From contig JAKBPE010000001.1 of the NCBI GenBank assembly GCA_021829835.1, forward strand, positions 352 to 64,351: a stretch of 64,000 nucleotides of DNA. Reading direction: 5' to 3'. The translations under genes were made by a program, and so were the position numbers. The notes under the pieces were generated by a model. It searched no databases, was not told where the DNA came from, and saw only the letters and a program-made list of their open reading frames with translations. The DNA comes from a bacterium. GTDB taxonomy: Archaea > Micrarchaeota > Micrarchaeia > Micrarchaeales > CABMGC01. The number at the start of each line of letters is the position of its first letter. The first letter of the stretch is position 1. Below are positions 19,128-28,590 of this stretch, one piece after another.

Positions 19128-22100
19128 CTATTTTTTCCCAGGTTGGGAATCTGATTTGGAGATTATTTTTGGATCGGCAGGCGGCGGCTTCTGTTTTTCT
19201 GCGGTGTATTTCCCTTTTATGCGCAGGTAATAATAGACAGACAGGATTACTATTGCAATAAATATAGCCAGCAGGAGGTATTCATAGGTATTATATTGAA
19301 GATATTCGGAATTTGTTGTGTTGTTCACTTCAGATGTATTTACAGTGATTATATGGGTGCTTATATTTCTTTTTACAGTATGATTTGATATTTTGGATGT
19401 GTTGATAGTTGGAGTTGAGTTTGTAATTTTTGTATATCTACCGAGTGCAATTATAGGATCGCCCCCAGTAGTTAAAGATACAGTACAAGATTTTGAATTG
19501 ACAGTGAATTGTGTAAACTGTTCCCATGAAGAATTTGACAAAGCGAATGGGAATATCTTGTAGAAAGGTATGCTGCAGTTGTATTTCATTGTTATGGTCA
19601 TGGTTGTGTTTGTAGGAATTGCATTTTGAAGATTTATTCCTTTCACGGAAATATTCTGAACCAGAATCTTATTGTATCCTTGAGGCAGAGGAGGCAGATA
19701 TTGTGCAAGTGTTAAGTTTCTTACAGTAAATCTCTGTTGGGCAGTAAATGCAGATGTTATATTTACAGTTGTTTTCTCAGCCAAAAGATTTAGCTGTACA
19801 GGCACTGCGTTGTAGGTCATAATGTCATAAGTCTCGTTCTGGCCAGTTATATTAATAGGTTTGAGATTTGAAATAGCAATTACCTTTAATGCTATTGTGC
19901 TTTTTACAGGAGTATCGGAAAGGTTGTATATTGACATGTTATATAGGTAGGGTTCACCTGAAGCTTCAAAGATGGTTTTTGATTGGTTTGGATATAGAAC
20001 ATAGTTTTTGCCATTTACAGTTATACCTGCATTTGCATTAGTTATAAAGTTTTCTACAAAATCTAATTTTGTACCTAGAAGTGTTAAATTAAATACAGTT
20101 AGGGGAGTTATGCCGAAGACAACAAATCCGTCATTTATACTTGCCATTTGCGGTTTTGTTCCGGGAAAATTTATATTTGTGCTGTTGCCGACCGCTCCAC
20201 CGCCTGATGATGAGCCGCCTGAAGGACCTGATGAAGTTCCTGAAGAGGTTGAAGGAGAGGAAGAACTACTGATAGATATATCTGCAGTTGGTGAGTTTTC
20301 GATTTCATTTACTGTTGCTGAATCTGTGACTGTGACGTAGTATTTGACGGTCTGCGGCGTTGCGCCTGCAGGTTCCGTAAATATTGAGGATATTGCACCT
20401 GGAATTGCATTCGCGGAGCCTGAAGTGTCATTGTACCATTGGTAGAAGTAAGGAGTAGTACCTCCTGAAACTGATGCGTTTAAAGTGATTGTCTGTCCAG
20501 AAGAATAGGTACCTGATGGAGGGCTTATTGTTGGAGTACCAAGTGCGAGATTGGCTGTGACTAAATCCGTTCCTGATGTTGCGGATGTTGGCGTTGTGGC
20601 TGAATCGGTGACTATGTAGCAGTAATAGGTTGAGGAAGATGGCGAAGCGTGAATAGTATTTGAGGTTGCGCCTGTGATTGCAGTATCGGACGAGCAGGTT
20701 GATGATGTTCCATTATACCATTGGTAGGTGTATGGCGTCGTTCCTCCTGACGGATTTGCGGTTAATGTTACGCTCTGACCTGAATCTATTGTCGGGGATG
20801 AAGGCGTTACTGATCCTGCAGATAGTGCGGTGTTTACCACATCGGAATCTGTTGCGGATGTAGTTGATTCTGGCGTTGTGGCGGAATCGGTGACTATGAT
20901 GTAATATTTGACTGTCTGTGCGGTTGCGCCTGCGGTTTCCGTGAATGTTGCGGATGTTGCGCCTGGAATTGCATTCGCGGAGCCTGAAGTGTCGTTGTAC
21001 CATTGGTATGAATATGGAGTCGTTCCGCCTGAAACTGATGCGGTCAGCGAAACGCTCTGACCTGCGTCGTATGTTGCAGATGAAGGAGAGATTGTCGGCG
21101 TTACGAGTGCGGAATTTACTGTGACTAAATCCGTTCCTGATGTTGCGGATGCTGGAGATGTGGCGGAATCCGTGACTATGTAGCAGTAATATGTGTTTGA
21201 TGTTGGACTTGCGGAATACGTGGATGACGTTGCGCCTGAAATTGCGGTATCTGATGAGCACGTCGATGACGTTCCACTATACCATTGGTAGGTGTATGGC
21301 GTCGTGCCTCCTGACGGATTTGCGGTTAATGTTACGCTCTGACCTGAATCTATTTTTGGAGATGAAGGCGTGACTGCGTTCGCCAGCAATGGGGAGTTGG
21401 TTGAATAAGTTAAAGTGTTGAAAGTTGTGGAGGGAGTGGTTGCACTATCTGTTATAAAGATATTAGCAGTAAATGTGCCTGCGCCCCATATGCTATTTTG
21501 AACAAAAGAGATACTATTTGATGACACTGTTATGCCAGTATAAAGCGCATTATAAACTAAAGAGCCGATTGAATTGTAAACTAAAAAGTTATAAGTGTAG
21601 GGAGAGGTACCGGTTCCACTTGTATCTGCAGTTAATACCTGAGTCTGACCTTCATCTATTAATGAATTTGAAACTTTCCACGAATTTGAGAGGGCAGAAT
21701 TGACCGAAAACGGATTTGAATAAATGGTGTTGGCTATAACATTTGTTGTGGCGGAATCGGTAATTATTGTATTTTCTACCAGATTCCCAAGCCCTACCAT
21801 GGAATTTTGGACTTGTTCGCAGTTTGATTTGGAATTAGCAGTAACAGAACCGAATAAAGCATCAGCTTCAATACTATTTGTGTTTGCTTGTTGAACAATT
21901 AAAAAATTATAAGTAAATGGCGAAGTTCCTCCGTTGGTGCTTGCTGTGAGGCATACATATTGCCCTGCGTCCAACAAGGTGTTGCTTGGATTTGTAATTG
22001 TTGGGACCAATGCAGGATTTAATGTCATCACTCCGCTTTCAACGCTATTTAATGTAACAGGAGTCGTGGCAGAGTCTGTGACAATAACATTTGCCACTAC

Positions 22101-25001
22101 AGTATTTCCAATATATTCGGATGGGAAAGCCCATAAAAAGTTTGCTGAGGCGCTGCTGCTGACTGCATTGTATGAATTTGTTATAAAAGAATCAGTTATA
22201 CTGTTTACAACTATTACATTATAGGCATAATTCGGAGTTCCTCCTGTCCATAATGAATTAAAATTAACATTCTGGCCATAGTCATAACTTTCTGCTGTTG
22301 CTGGTGTGGCAGTCGGTTGAGTCATAACAGAATTGACTATATATGTTTCTGTTGTGGAATTTGAAGTTTCCGGAGTAGTAGCTGAATCTTTAACTTCAAT
22401 ATAATACTTCATTGTTCCTGTCATTCCTGCTGTTGCCGTGTATGTAGATAAAGTTGCTCCACTTATTACTGTTGGTGTTCCTGTTGTATCGTTATACCAT
22501 TGATAAGAATAAGGTGTAGTTCCTCCTGAAACTGATGCGGTCAGCGAGACGCTCTGACCTGAGTCATAAGTTGCAGATGAAGGAGAGATTGTCGGCGTTC
22601 CGAGTGCGAGATTAGCTGAGACTGTATCTATCGGAGAACCTGAAACCGCATTAGGTGTGGCAGAGTCTGTCACAATATAGCAGTAGTATGTAGTTGAAGT
22701 TGGAGATGCTAAATAATTTGCGGAAGTGGCGCCTGAAATTGCGGTATCTGATGAGGAACAAAGCCCTGAACTTGAAGAGGCAGTATACCATTGGTATGAA
22801 TATGGGGTTGTTCCGCCTGAAACAGCTGAAATTAAATTGACTGACTGCCCTGAATCTAATGTAGGAGAATAAGGAGTGATAGGATCTGCTAGTAATGCAT
22901 TATTTGCCCCTGCCATTGAACCTTCGCTTGTAGTAGGCATGATGTCTTTTGGAGGGGCGGTTCTAACCCTATACCATTGTGTATACTCGTTAGATGCAAA
23001 AGACACCCCACCATAATAAACTGCCCCTAATTCTGGGAATAATAAGCCTGAAGCATGAACATAGATGCTGAAAAATGGGTCAGTGTAGGTTTGATAGGTT
23101 ATTCCTAAATGGTCTGAAACATTATAAAGCATAGAATATATGCCAAAGGCATCTGGTGGGTAGTTAGTAGTGTAGAAAATGCCACCATTACCATCATATC
23201 CACAGACATTACATCCTTCTTGTGTTTGCCCTAAAAAGACAATAGAATCATTGCCTACATTATCCATGAAGCCACCGATTGTAAAAGAACCATCATATGT
23301 TGATGGGGTTGTTGAGAGTGCCTCAAAGACATTTCCTGCGGCATATCTTGTTGTGGCATTTATTGCTTCGGCATTGGCAATTGTAGATGAACCTATTAAT
23401 GTAATTCCATTATTTATGGTATAAGTTATTCCGTTTACATGCCATTTTGAACTGAGAGTCGTTCCGGCAAAATCAGAATAGAAGCTAAACACGTTGTTTC
23501 CATTGTCATACTCTGCATAGTCAGAACACGTCGCAGTCGCGGCTGGGTTCGCACAGCTGAGCTGAGGCGCTTCCCCTGTGCTCACTCCGTTCAGCAAGTT
23601 TGTGCTGGTGCTTGCGATTCCGAGGTAAATCGTGTAGGGGATTGTCATCGATGCTGGTAGCTCGTTGACTGTGTTCGCTCCGAGGTTCACCCACCAGAGG
23701 ACGTTCGCTGATGTTGAGAGTGCTGTGGACTGCTCGTTCAGGACGTTTCCTTCCAGCCAGCTTGGAATTATCGTTCCGTTGGCGTAGAAGAACTCGGTGT
23801 TCATCAGGTTGGAGGCTAGGTAGCTCGAGAACGGGATGGCGTTGAAGCCTATAATGTTTCCATTGCTTGAGACGCCTATCGCTAGAGGCGTGTTTGCCGA
23901 GACGGCTACTGACTGCGTGTTGATGATGTTGATTGGGATGTAGTAGAGGATGTTGGCTGGGCTGACTACTGGATCGTCGAGGCTGTAGTTCTGGTTTCCA
24001 AGGCCCTCGAATGTGAAGTTGTAAGGCTCTGTTGGGCTTAGGCTGAATGTCTTTGTGATGCTTACTGAGCCCATGGTGTTGTCCGAGAAGCTGAGAATCG
24101 TGTTCGAGCCTGCCTGTATCAAGGCGTTGAACGGCACTCTGTTTCCCTGAACCAGATGGCTGATTAGCTTAACTGTGATGTTGAGAGGCGCACAGTCGTT
24201 CAGCCCCCAGCATCCGTTGTAGACAGCTACAGGCAGATGGTAGCTTCCTGGCTTGGTCAGCGTCTCGTTGAAGAGCCTTGAGCTTAACTGGATGTAGGAG
24301 TAGCTTTGGTTCTTGCTTACCTGAAATTTGTTGAATTGGACTGAGCCATAGATTGAATTGTAAGTTGCGTTTATTTTGTCTGAGCCTGCTGGTATCGGCT
24401 TTGCGTTACTGTATAGTGAACCATATGGCAGAGTAGCAGTCTGATTGTGGATTAAGCCTAAGTTTATTGGTGAATTTGGGTTTACGCCTATAGCTTCCAA
24501 AGCGTTGGATTGCTGTGAGTTCCACTCGGTACTCCATTGGATAGAATTAAAGGAAGTGGAGAAATACAGTATTGTTGGTTTTGATAAGGAAATTACATTA
24601 GATACTGGCACTGCGTTGTTTATAATGTAGTTCATCCCATTGTAGCTTATTGAATTTTGACCTGGTTCGTAAAGAACATTTCCATTTAAAGTGTTTGCTG
24701 TAAGCATGTTCATGGATATTTGGAAGATGTCTGTGTAACTTGTGATGTTTAGAGACCGGTTGGTTAATCCTGAAAGAGGTCCAAGCCGAATAAGATAAGT
24801 TGAGCCTGGGGGCAGGCCGATGATTTCCAGCATGGCATTTTCTGGGCTGCTTGTGGATTGGGAAGTGGACTGATTTGGAGATGCGTGAAGCATAAACATT
24901 AAAGAAACAATCAGAACGGCTGAGATTGTCAGAATTGTTGAGAAGAAAATTAAATAATCATAGTCGATTCTTTTGAAGAAATCTGTCTTGCAATTATTCA
25001 C
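19128..25001 (-). CDS. Giant (1957 aa) membrane-anchored surface protein with a DUF2341-like plus LamG-like N-terminal region, about 11 Ig-like repeats and a C-terminal anchor module
   Basis: The ORF is uninterrupted with an N-terminal TM segment (IFFSTILTISAVLIVSLMFML). A DUF2341-like pattern is present (YYIPINIINTQS...FFYANGTIIPSWLEGN...NVLWWVNL...YTIYLG), followed by a concanavalin/LamG-like stretch. Next comes the Ig-like array, then a Ser/Gly linker at about 20195-20275. The C-terminus is a TM helix (LLLAIFIAIVILSVYYYL) plus a basic tail. Confidence 0.85.
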   Translation of the reverse strand: MNNCKTDFFKRIDYDYLIFFSTILTISAVLIVSLMFMLHASPNQSTSQSTSSPENAMLEIIGLPPGSTYLIRLGPLSGLTNRSLNITSYTDIFQISMNMLTANTLNGNVLYEPGQNSISYNGMNYIINNAVPVSNVISLSKPTILYFSTSFNSIQWSTEWNSQQSNALEAIGVNPNSPINLGLIHNQTATLPYGSLYSNAKPIPAGSDKINATYNSIYGSVQFNKFQVSKNQSYSYIQLSSRLFNETLTKPGSYHLPVAVYNGCWGLNDCAPLNITVKLISHLVQGNRVPFNALIQAGSNTILSFSDNTMGSVSITKTFSLSPTEPYNFTFEGLGNQNYSLDDPVVSPANILYYIPINIINTQSVAVSANTPLAIGVSSNGNIIGFNAIPFSSYLASNLMNTEFFYANGTIIPSWLEGNVLNEQSTALSTSANVLWWVNLGANTVNELPASMTIPYTIYLGIASTSTNLLNGVSTGEAPQLSCANPAATATCSDYAEYDNGNNVFSFYSDFAGTTLSSKWHVNGITYTINNGITLIGSSTIANAEAINATTRYAAGNVFEALSTTPSTYDGSFTIGGFMDNVGNDSIVFLGQTQEGCNVCGYDGNGGIFYTTNYPPDAFGIYSMLYNVSDHLGITYQTYTDPFFSIYVHASGLLFPELGAVYYGGVSFASNEYTQWYRVRTAPPKDIMPTTSEGSMAGANNALLADPITPYSPTLDSGQSVNLISAVSGGTTPYSYQWYTASSSSGLCSSSDTAISGATSANYLASPTSTTYYCYIVTDSATPNAVSGSPIDTVSANLALGTPTISPSSATYDSGQSVSLTASVSGGTTPYSYQWYNDTTGTPTVISGATLSTYTATAGMTGTMKYYIEVKDSATTPETSNSTTETYIVNSVMTQPTATPATAESYDYGQNVNFNSLWTGGTPNYAYNVIVVNSITDSFITNSYNAVSSSASANFLWAFPSEYIGNTVVANVIVTDSATTPVTLNSVESGVMTLNPALVPTITNPSNTLLDAGQYVCLTASTNGGTSPFTYNFLIVQQANTNSIEADALFGSVTANSKSNCEQVQNSMVGLGNLVENTIITDSATTNVIANTIYSNPFSVNSALSNSWKVSNSLIDEGQTQVLTADTSGTGTSPYTYNFLVYNSIGSLVYNALYTGITVSSNSISFVQNSIWGAGTFTANIFITDSATTPSTTFNTLTYSTNSPLLANAVTPSSPKIDSGQSVTLTANPSGGTTPYTYQWYSGTSSTCSSDTAISGATSSTYSASPTSNTYYCYIVTDSATSPASATSGTDLVTVNSALVTPTISPSSATYDAGQSVSLTASVSGGTTPYSYQWYNDTSGSANAIPGATSATFTETAGATAQTVKYYIIVTDSATTPESTTSATDSDVVNTALSAGSVTPSSPTIDSGQSVTLTANPSGGTTPYTYQWYNGTSSTCSSDTAITGATSNTIHASPSSSTYYCYIVTDSATTPTSATSGTDLVTANLALGTPTISPPSGTYSSGQTITLNASVSGGTTPYFYQWYNDTSGSANAIPGAISSIFTEPAGATPQTVKYYVTVTDSATVNEIENSPTADISISSSSSPSTSSGTSSGPSGGSSSGGGAVGNSTNINFPGTKPQMASINDGFVVFGITPLTVFNLTLLGTKLDFVENFITNANAGITVNGKNYVLYPNQSKTIFEASGEPYLYNMSIYNLSDTPVKSTIALKVIAISNLKPINITGQNETYDIMTYNAVPVQLNLLAEKTTVNITSAFTAQQRFTVRNLTLAQYLPPLPQGYNKILVQNISVKGINLQNAIPTNTTMTITMKYNCSIPFYKIFPFALSNSSWEQFTQFTVNSKSCTVSLTTGGDPIIALGRYTKITNSTPTINTSKISNHTVKRNISTHIITVNTSEVNNTTNSEYLQYNTYEYLLLAIFIAIVILSVYYYLRIKGKYTAEKQKPPPADPKIISKSDSQPGKK
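20280..22920 (-). repeat. In-frame array of Ig-like coding repeats inside the 1957-aa gene, with three A+B repeat pairs that are near-identical at DNA level
   Basis: Segments at 20707-20800 and 21271-21363 match almost base for base at an offset of 564 bp (188 codons). Similar matches link 20398-20470 to 20959-21060, and 21001-21110 to 22500-22610. Confidence 0.85.
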
Positions 25002-25446
25002 GTATTTCCCTTTTTATTCGTTTCGAATGAACATCTGCATGGATGTTATGAAACCTACACATATGCAGCGTAGTAAACAAATCAGGTTTACTGTATTATA
25101 TTTAGAGGAGAGGAAAGCTTAAAATACTTATCATTTGGCAGTTGCGGATTTGGAAAATTTGGTATTGAAGTCTTTGAAGAGAATTTTGTTCCTATTCCGT
25201 GCCGCGTTTAGATTTCGCATCAATAAAAAGAGGTCTTTTGGGTTGCAAAAAGCAAAAACAGGTTTTTGGAGCTTGAAGACCAAGCCATTGTTTTTTCCTG
25301 CATTCTTGCCTACTTGCTTATATGCAATAGGACATGTGATGTACAAGGAGTGTCTTTGACGAGGCATTAGAATGCAGATGCCAACTTCCTAAACCTTAGT
25401 TTTGGATTAGTAATTTAGTTATTTCGGATTTATTAAGAAGGTAGAC

Positions 25447-27186
25447 ATGAAGAAACTTGATTATGATCTGATAGTTTTCGGAAGTGGGATTGCGGGGTTC
25501 AAGGCAGCGATACATGCCAGCGAGAGAGATAAGAATCTCAGAATATGCATCATATCGAAACTGCATGCCATGAGAAGCCACTCTGTCTCTGCTGAGGGAG
25601 GAATTTCAGGGGTTCTCTATCCTGAAGTAAACAAAGACTCGAAGGAACTTCATGCTTACGATACAGTAAAAGGCTCTGATTATCTTGCTGACCAGGATGC
25701 TGTAGAGCTGCTTGCGGAGAGAGCTCCCAGTGAGATAAGATATCTCGACCATATAGGAGTGCCATGGAACAGAACCGATGGAGGAGAAGTGGAAGAGAGG
25801 CCATTTGGAGGAATGAGTGTTCCGAGGACTGCTTTTGCTGCGGATAAGACCGGATTTTTTATCATGAGAGCACTTTATGACCATATCCTGGAAAATAAGA
25901 ACATAGACATATATCATGAACATTTTGTCACTTCCATATCTGTAGAAAAGAAGAGATTTGCAGGGCTTACTGCCATAAACATAGGCAACGGAGAGAGTGT
26001 TGCATTCAAAGGCAAGGCTGCTATAGTTGCTACAGGAGGATTTTCAAGAATATTTAAATTTACAACAACTTCATATTCGACTACAGGAGACGGCACTGCG
26101 CTTCTCTTTAATGCTGGCTTTGCACTTAAAGACATGGAATTTGTACAGTTTCACCCCACTGCTTTGGTGCCTAGCGGCATCCTCATTACTGAAGCCGCAA
26201 GAGGAGAAGGAGGATATCTTAGAAATTCCAAAGGAGAGCGCTTTATGTCAAGATATGCGAAGTCTAAGATGGAACTTGCTCCAAGAGATATAATATCAAG
26301 ATCCATAATGACTGAGATAGAGAAAGGTCGTGGTTTCTCCAGTGATGAGTACGGGTTTGAGTACATAAACCTTGATTTAAGGCATATAGACAGCGAGAAG
26401 CTGAGCGAAAAATTGCCCATGATAGCAGAAATAACAAAGAGAATGCTTAAGCTAGATCCAAGCAGGGATCTCATACCCGTAAGGCCTGGTGCCCACTTTA
26501 CTATGGGTGGGGTACATACTGACATAGATGGAAGGGTTCTTGATTCTGAGGGCAAGGCAGCCGGAGGTATATGGGCAATAGGAGAGTGTGCCTCAGTAAG
26601 CGTGCATGGAGCCAATAGATTGGGAAGCAATTCGCTCAGCCAGTGTGCCATATGGGGGAGAATTGCCGGAGAGGAGGCTGCAGAATATATAAGGAAGGGA
26701 TTTGGAAATACTGAAAAAAGGAGATTCATGGAACATGCTGAGAATGAAGAAGCAAGATTGGATAAGATCATGGAATCTTCAGGAAAAAACAATCCTTATG
26801 AGATAAAGGCGGAGCTTCAAGAGACAATGGATTCCCACTTTTTTGTATACAGGAAAGAGGCTGTAATGAAAAAAGGAATAAAGAAAATAACAGAGCTTAG
26901 GGAGAGATTTTCAGATATTTATGTCAAAGACAGAGGCAGAAATTATAACACCAACCTTACAAATGTGCTGGAGATAGGAAACCTCTTGGAACTTGCCTCA
27001 GTTACGGCTGAAGCGGCATTGAGAAGAAAGGAGAGCAGAGGAGCGCATTCTGTAGTCGAGTATCCTGAACGCAATGATGCAGAGTGGCTAAAGCATACGA
27101 TAATATCGAAGGATGGGAAAAAAATAAGAATATCTTACATACCGGTCAAGATACTGAAATGGAAGCCTGAGCCTAGGATTTATTGA
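25447..27186 (+). CDS. sdhA: Succinate dehydrogenase / fumarate reductase flavoprotein subunit
   Basis: It has the FAD fold [10 protein letters not shown], the covalent-FAD His context [10 protein letters not shown], and FHPT, RGEGG and [11 protein letters not shown]. Confidence 0.92.
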   Translation: MKKLDYDLIVFGSGIAGFKAAIHASERDKNLRICIISKLHAMRSHSVSAEGGISGVLYPEVNKDSKELHAYDTVKGSDYLADQDAVELLAERAPSEIRYLDHIGVPWNRTDGGEVEERPFGGMSVPRTAFAADKTGFFIMRALYDHILENKNIDIYHEHFVTSISVEKKRFAGLTAINIGNGESVAFKGKAAIVATGGFSRIFKFTTTSYSTTGDGTALLFNAGFALKDMEFVQFHPTALVPSGILITEAARGEGGYLRNSKGERFMSRYAKSKMELAPRDIISRSIMTEIEKGRGFSSDEYGFEYINLDLRHIDSEKLSEKLPMIAEITKRMLKLDPSRDLIPVRPGAHFTMGGVHTDIDGRVLDSEGKAAGGIWAIGECASVSVHGANRLGSNSLSQCAIWGRIAGEEAAEYIRKGFGNTEKRRFMEHAENEEARLDKIMESSGKNNPYEIKAELQETMDSHFFVYRKEAVMKKGIKKITELRERFSDIYVKDRGRNYNTNLTNVLEIGNLLELASVTAEAALRRKESRGAHSVVEYPERNDAEWLKHTIISKDGKKIRISYIPVKILKWKPEPRIY

Positions 27187-27193
27187 TGATATA

Positions 27194-27604
27194 ATGGAAA
27201 ATTCATATGACATAAGGGGAAGACAATCAAATATATTCAGGCTGTGGAGATTTGACAAGAGTGCTCTTGCACATATGTTATCTTTCAGGATACTTATATT
27301 TGAAGCGCCTCTGGCTGCAATATTTCTTCTTCTTAGCATTATTTTCCCGCTTTCAGGAATTGTTCTTATATCACGAATTCTGGTTTTGATAGCATGGGTG
27401 CTTTTCACTCCCCAGCTTTTTGATGCCTTCAAGGCATTCTCGCTGGTCTCAAGCCGAGGCTCTGCTTTTGGAAAATTCAACGAGTATTATATGAAAACAC
27501 AGAAGAGAAACCCTAACACGGGATTATATGAGGCATTGCCCTACATAGGGCTTATAGTCTGGATGTTCTTCTTTGTTGTGCTTGCGGCGATGTGGTTTGT
27601 ATGA
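27194..27604 (+). CDS. Small polytopic membrane protein, candidate succinate dehydrogenase membrane anchor
   Basis: The 136-aa product has about three hydrophobic helices. It lies between sdhA and sdhB and overlaps the sdhB ORF start by 13 nt. I recognised no family motif. Confidence 0.5.
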   Translation: MENSYDIRGRQSNIFRLWRFDKSALAHMLSFRILIFEAPLAAIFLLLSIIFPLSGIVLISRILVLIAWVLFTPQLFDAFKAFSLVSSRGSAFGKFNEYYMKTQKRNPNTGLYEALPYIGLIVWMFFFVVLAAMWFV

Positions 27605-28590
27605 AAACATCAGATTATATGGTTATGTTTTATGCTTCAATGATAGCTGTGCCTTTCCTTTTTGTTGTAGAGACATTACTGCTCGCCTCTGGTTATATTA
27701 AGTTTACAGATATTATAGAAATCCTTACCGCAGTAGGGCTTGCAGTATATTGCGTGATAGGCTTCAAAGAAGTATATTCACATAAAAAGAGAAAGGTAAA
27801 TAGGCTTTCTGATGAGACCTCTATCCCATCAAAGGAGATAAAAATAAAGCATAACAGAGGGGAGAAGGTCCTAGAGGTAATTATTAAGAGATTTGATCTG
27901 GAAGGCAGAAGATTGGAAGCACATACGTATAAGGTTAAGGGAAACAGATTTACTACTGTTCTTGATGCTTTGTTGTCTATAAAATCAGAGCAGGACAGTT
28001 CGCTTGCGGTAAGATATAGCTGCAGGATGGGAATATGCGGCTCCTGCAGCATGGTAGTTAATGGTAGGCCGTCACTTGCATGCGAGACTCCGCTTCTTGA
28101 CACTGCAAAAGAAGATAGAATAGAGGTAGAGCCCATGAGGGCCCATCCACTCCTAAAGGATCTTGTGACTGATTTTGACGACTTTTTCAGCAAGCATAAA
28201 AAGATACATCCGGGGCTGTTCAGGGAAGACAAAAAAGAGCAGATGAATGCTTCTTCAATATATAATCAGAGCAGGGAAGAGAGAGATGTGTATCTTCCCT
28301 TCTCATACTGCATAATGTGCGGGCTATGCCAGGATGCCTGCCCTGTAGCAAATTCGAACAAGGATTTTGCAGGGCCGCAGGCACTATCACAGATATATAG
28401 GTATGCAACTGACTCCAGAGACCAGAAAGGACCTAAACGGCTCAATCTTGCAAACAGCCTTGAAGGCGCATGGGGGTGTGAATTTGCAGGAGCATGCTCA
28501 GAAGTATGCCCTAAAGGAGTAGATCCTGCAGCTGCAATACAATCATTAAAATTCAAGATGTTTGCTGGAGAGGATAAGATATCCGATTGA
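27592..28590 (+). CDS. sdhB: Succinate dehydrogenase iron-sulfur subunit with an N-terminal two-TM extension of about 90 aa
   Basis: Cluster motifs are CRMGICGSCSMVVNGRPSLAC (2Fe-2S), CIMCGLCQDACP (4Fe-4S) and CEFAGACSEVCP (3Fe-4S). The N-terminal 70 aa are hydrophobic. There is no in-frame stop or ATG/GTG between the TM part and the Fe-S domain. Confidence 0.85.
   Translation: MVCMKTSDYMVMFYASMIAVPFLFVVETLLLASGYIKFTDIIEILTAVGLAVYCVIGFKEVYSHKKRKVNRLSDETSIPSKEIKIKHNRGEKVLEVIIKRFDLEGRRLEAHTYKVKGNRFTTVLDALLSIKSEQDSSLAVRYSCRMGICGSCSMVVNGRPSLACETPLLDTAKEDRIEVEPMRAHPLLKDLVTDFDDFFSKHKKIHPGLFREDKKEQMNASSIYNQSREERDVYLPFSYCIMCGLCQDACPVANSNKDFAGPQALSQIYRYATDSRDQKGPKRLNLANSLEGAWGCEFAGACSEVCPKGVDPAAAIQSLKFKMFAGEDKISD

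Noticed and set aside
20713-21261. 182-aa alternative-frame ORF (R/N/I/F-rich) inside the 1957-aa gene
   Set aside because: It lies entirely within the repeat array in a different frame. Its low-complexity composition is repeated with the DNA repeat, so it is a frame artefact.
20280-22920. Regularly spaced near-identical repeats that might suggest a CRISPR or satellite array
   Set aside because: The repeats are 280-564 bp coding units in one continuous reading frame (Ig-like domains). They lack short repeat and unique spacer organisation, and no cas genes are present.
25131-25367. Pair of mutually antisense ORFs (78 aa minus, 74 aa plus) in the 446-bp spacer between the giant gene and sdhA
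   Set aside because: Both strands are open over the same AT-rich interval, and I saw no motif, no convincing start context and no family resemblance. This is most likely non-coding promoter space for the two divergent genes.
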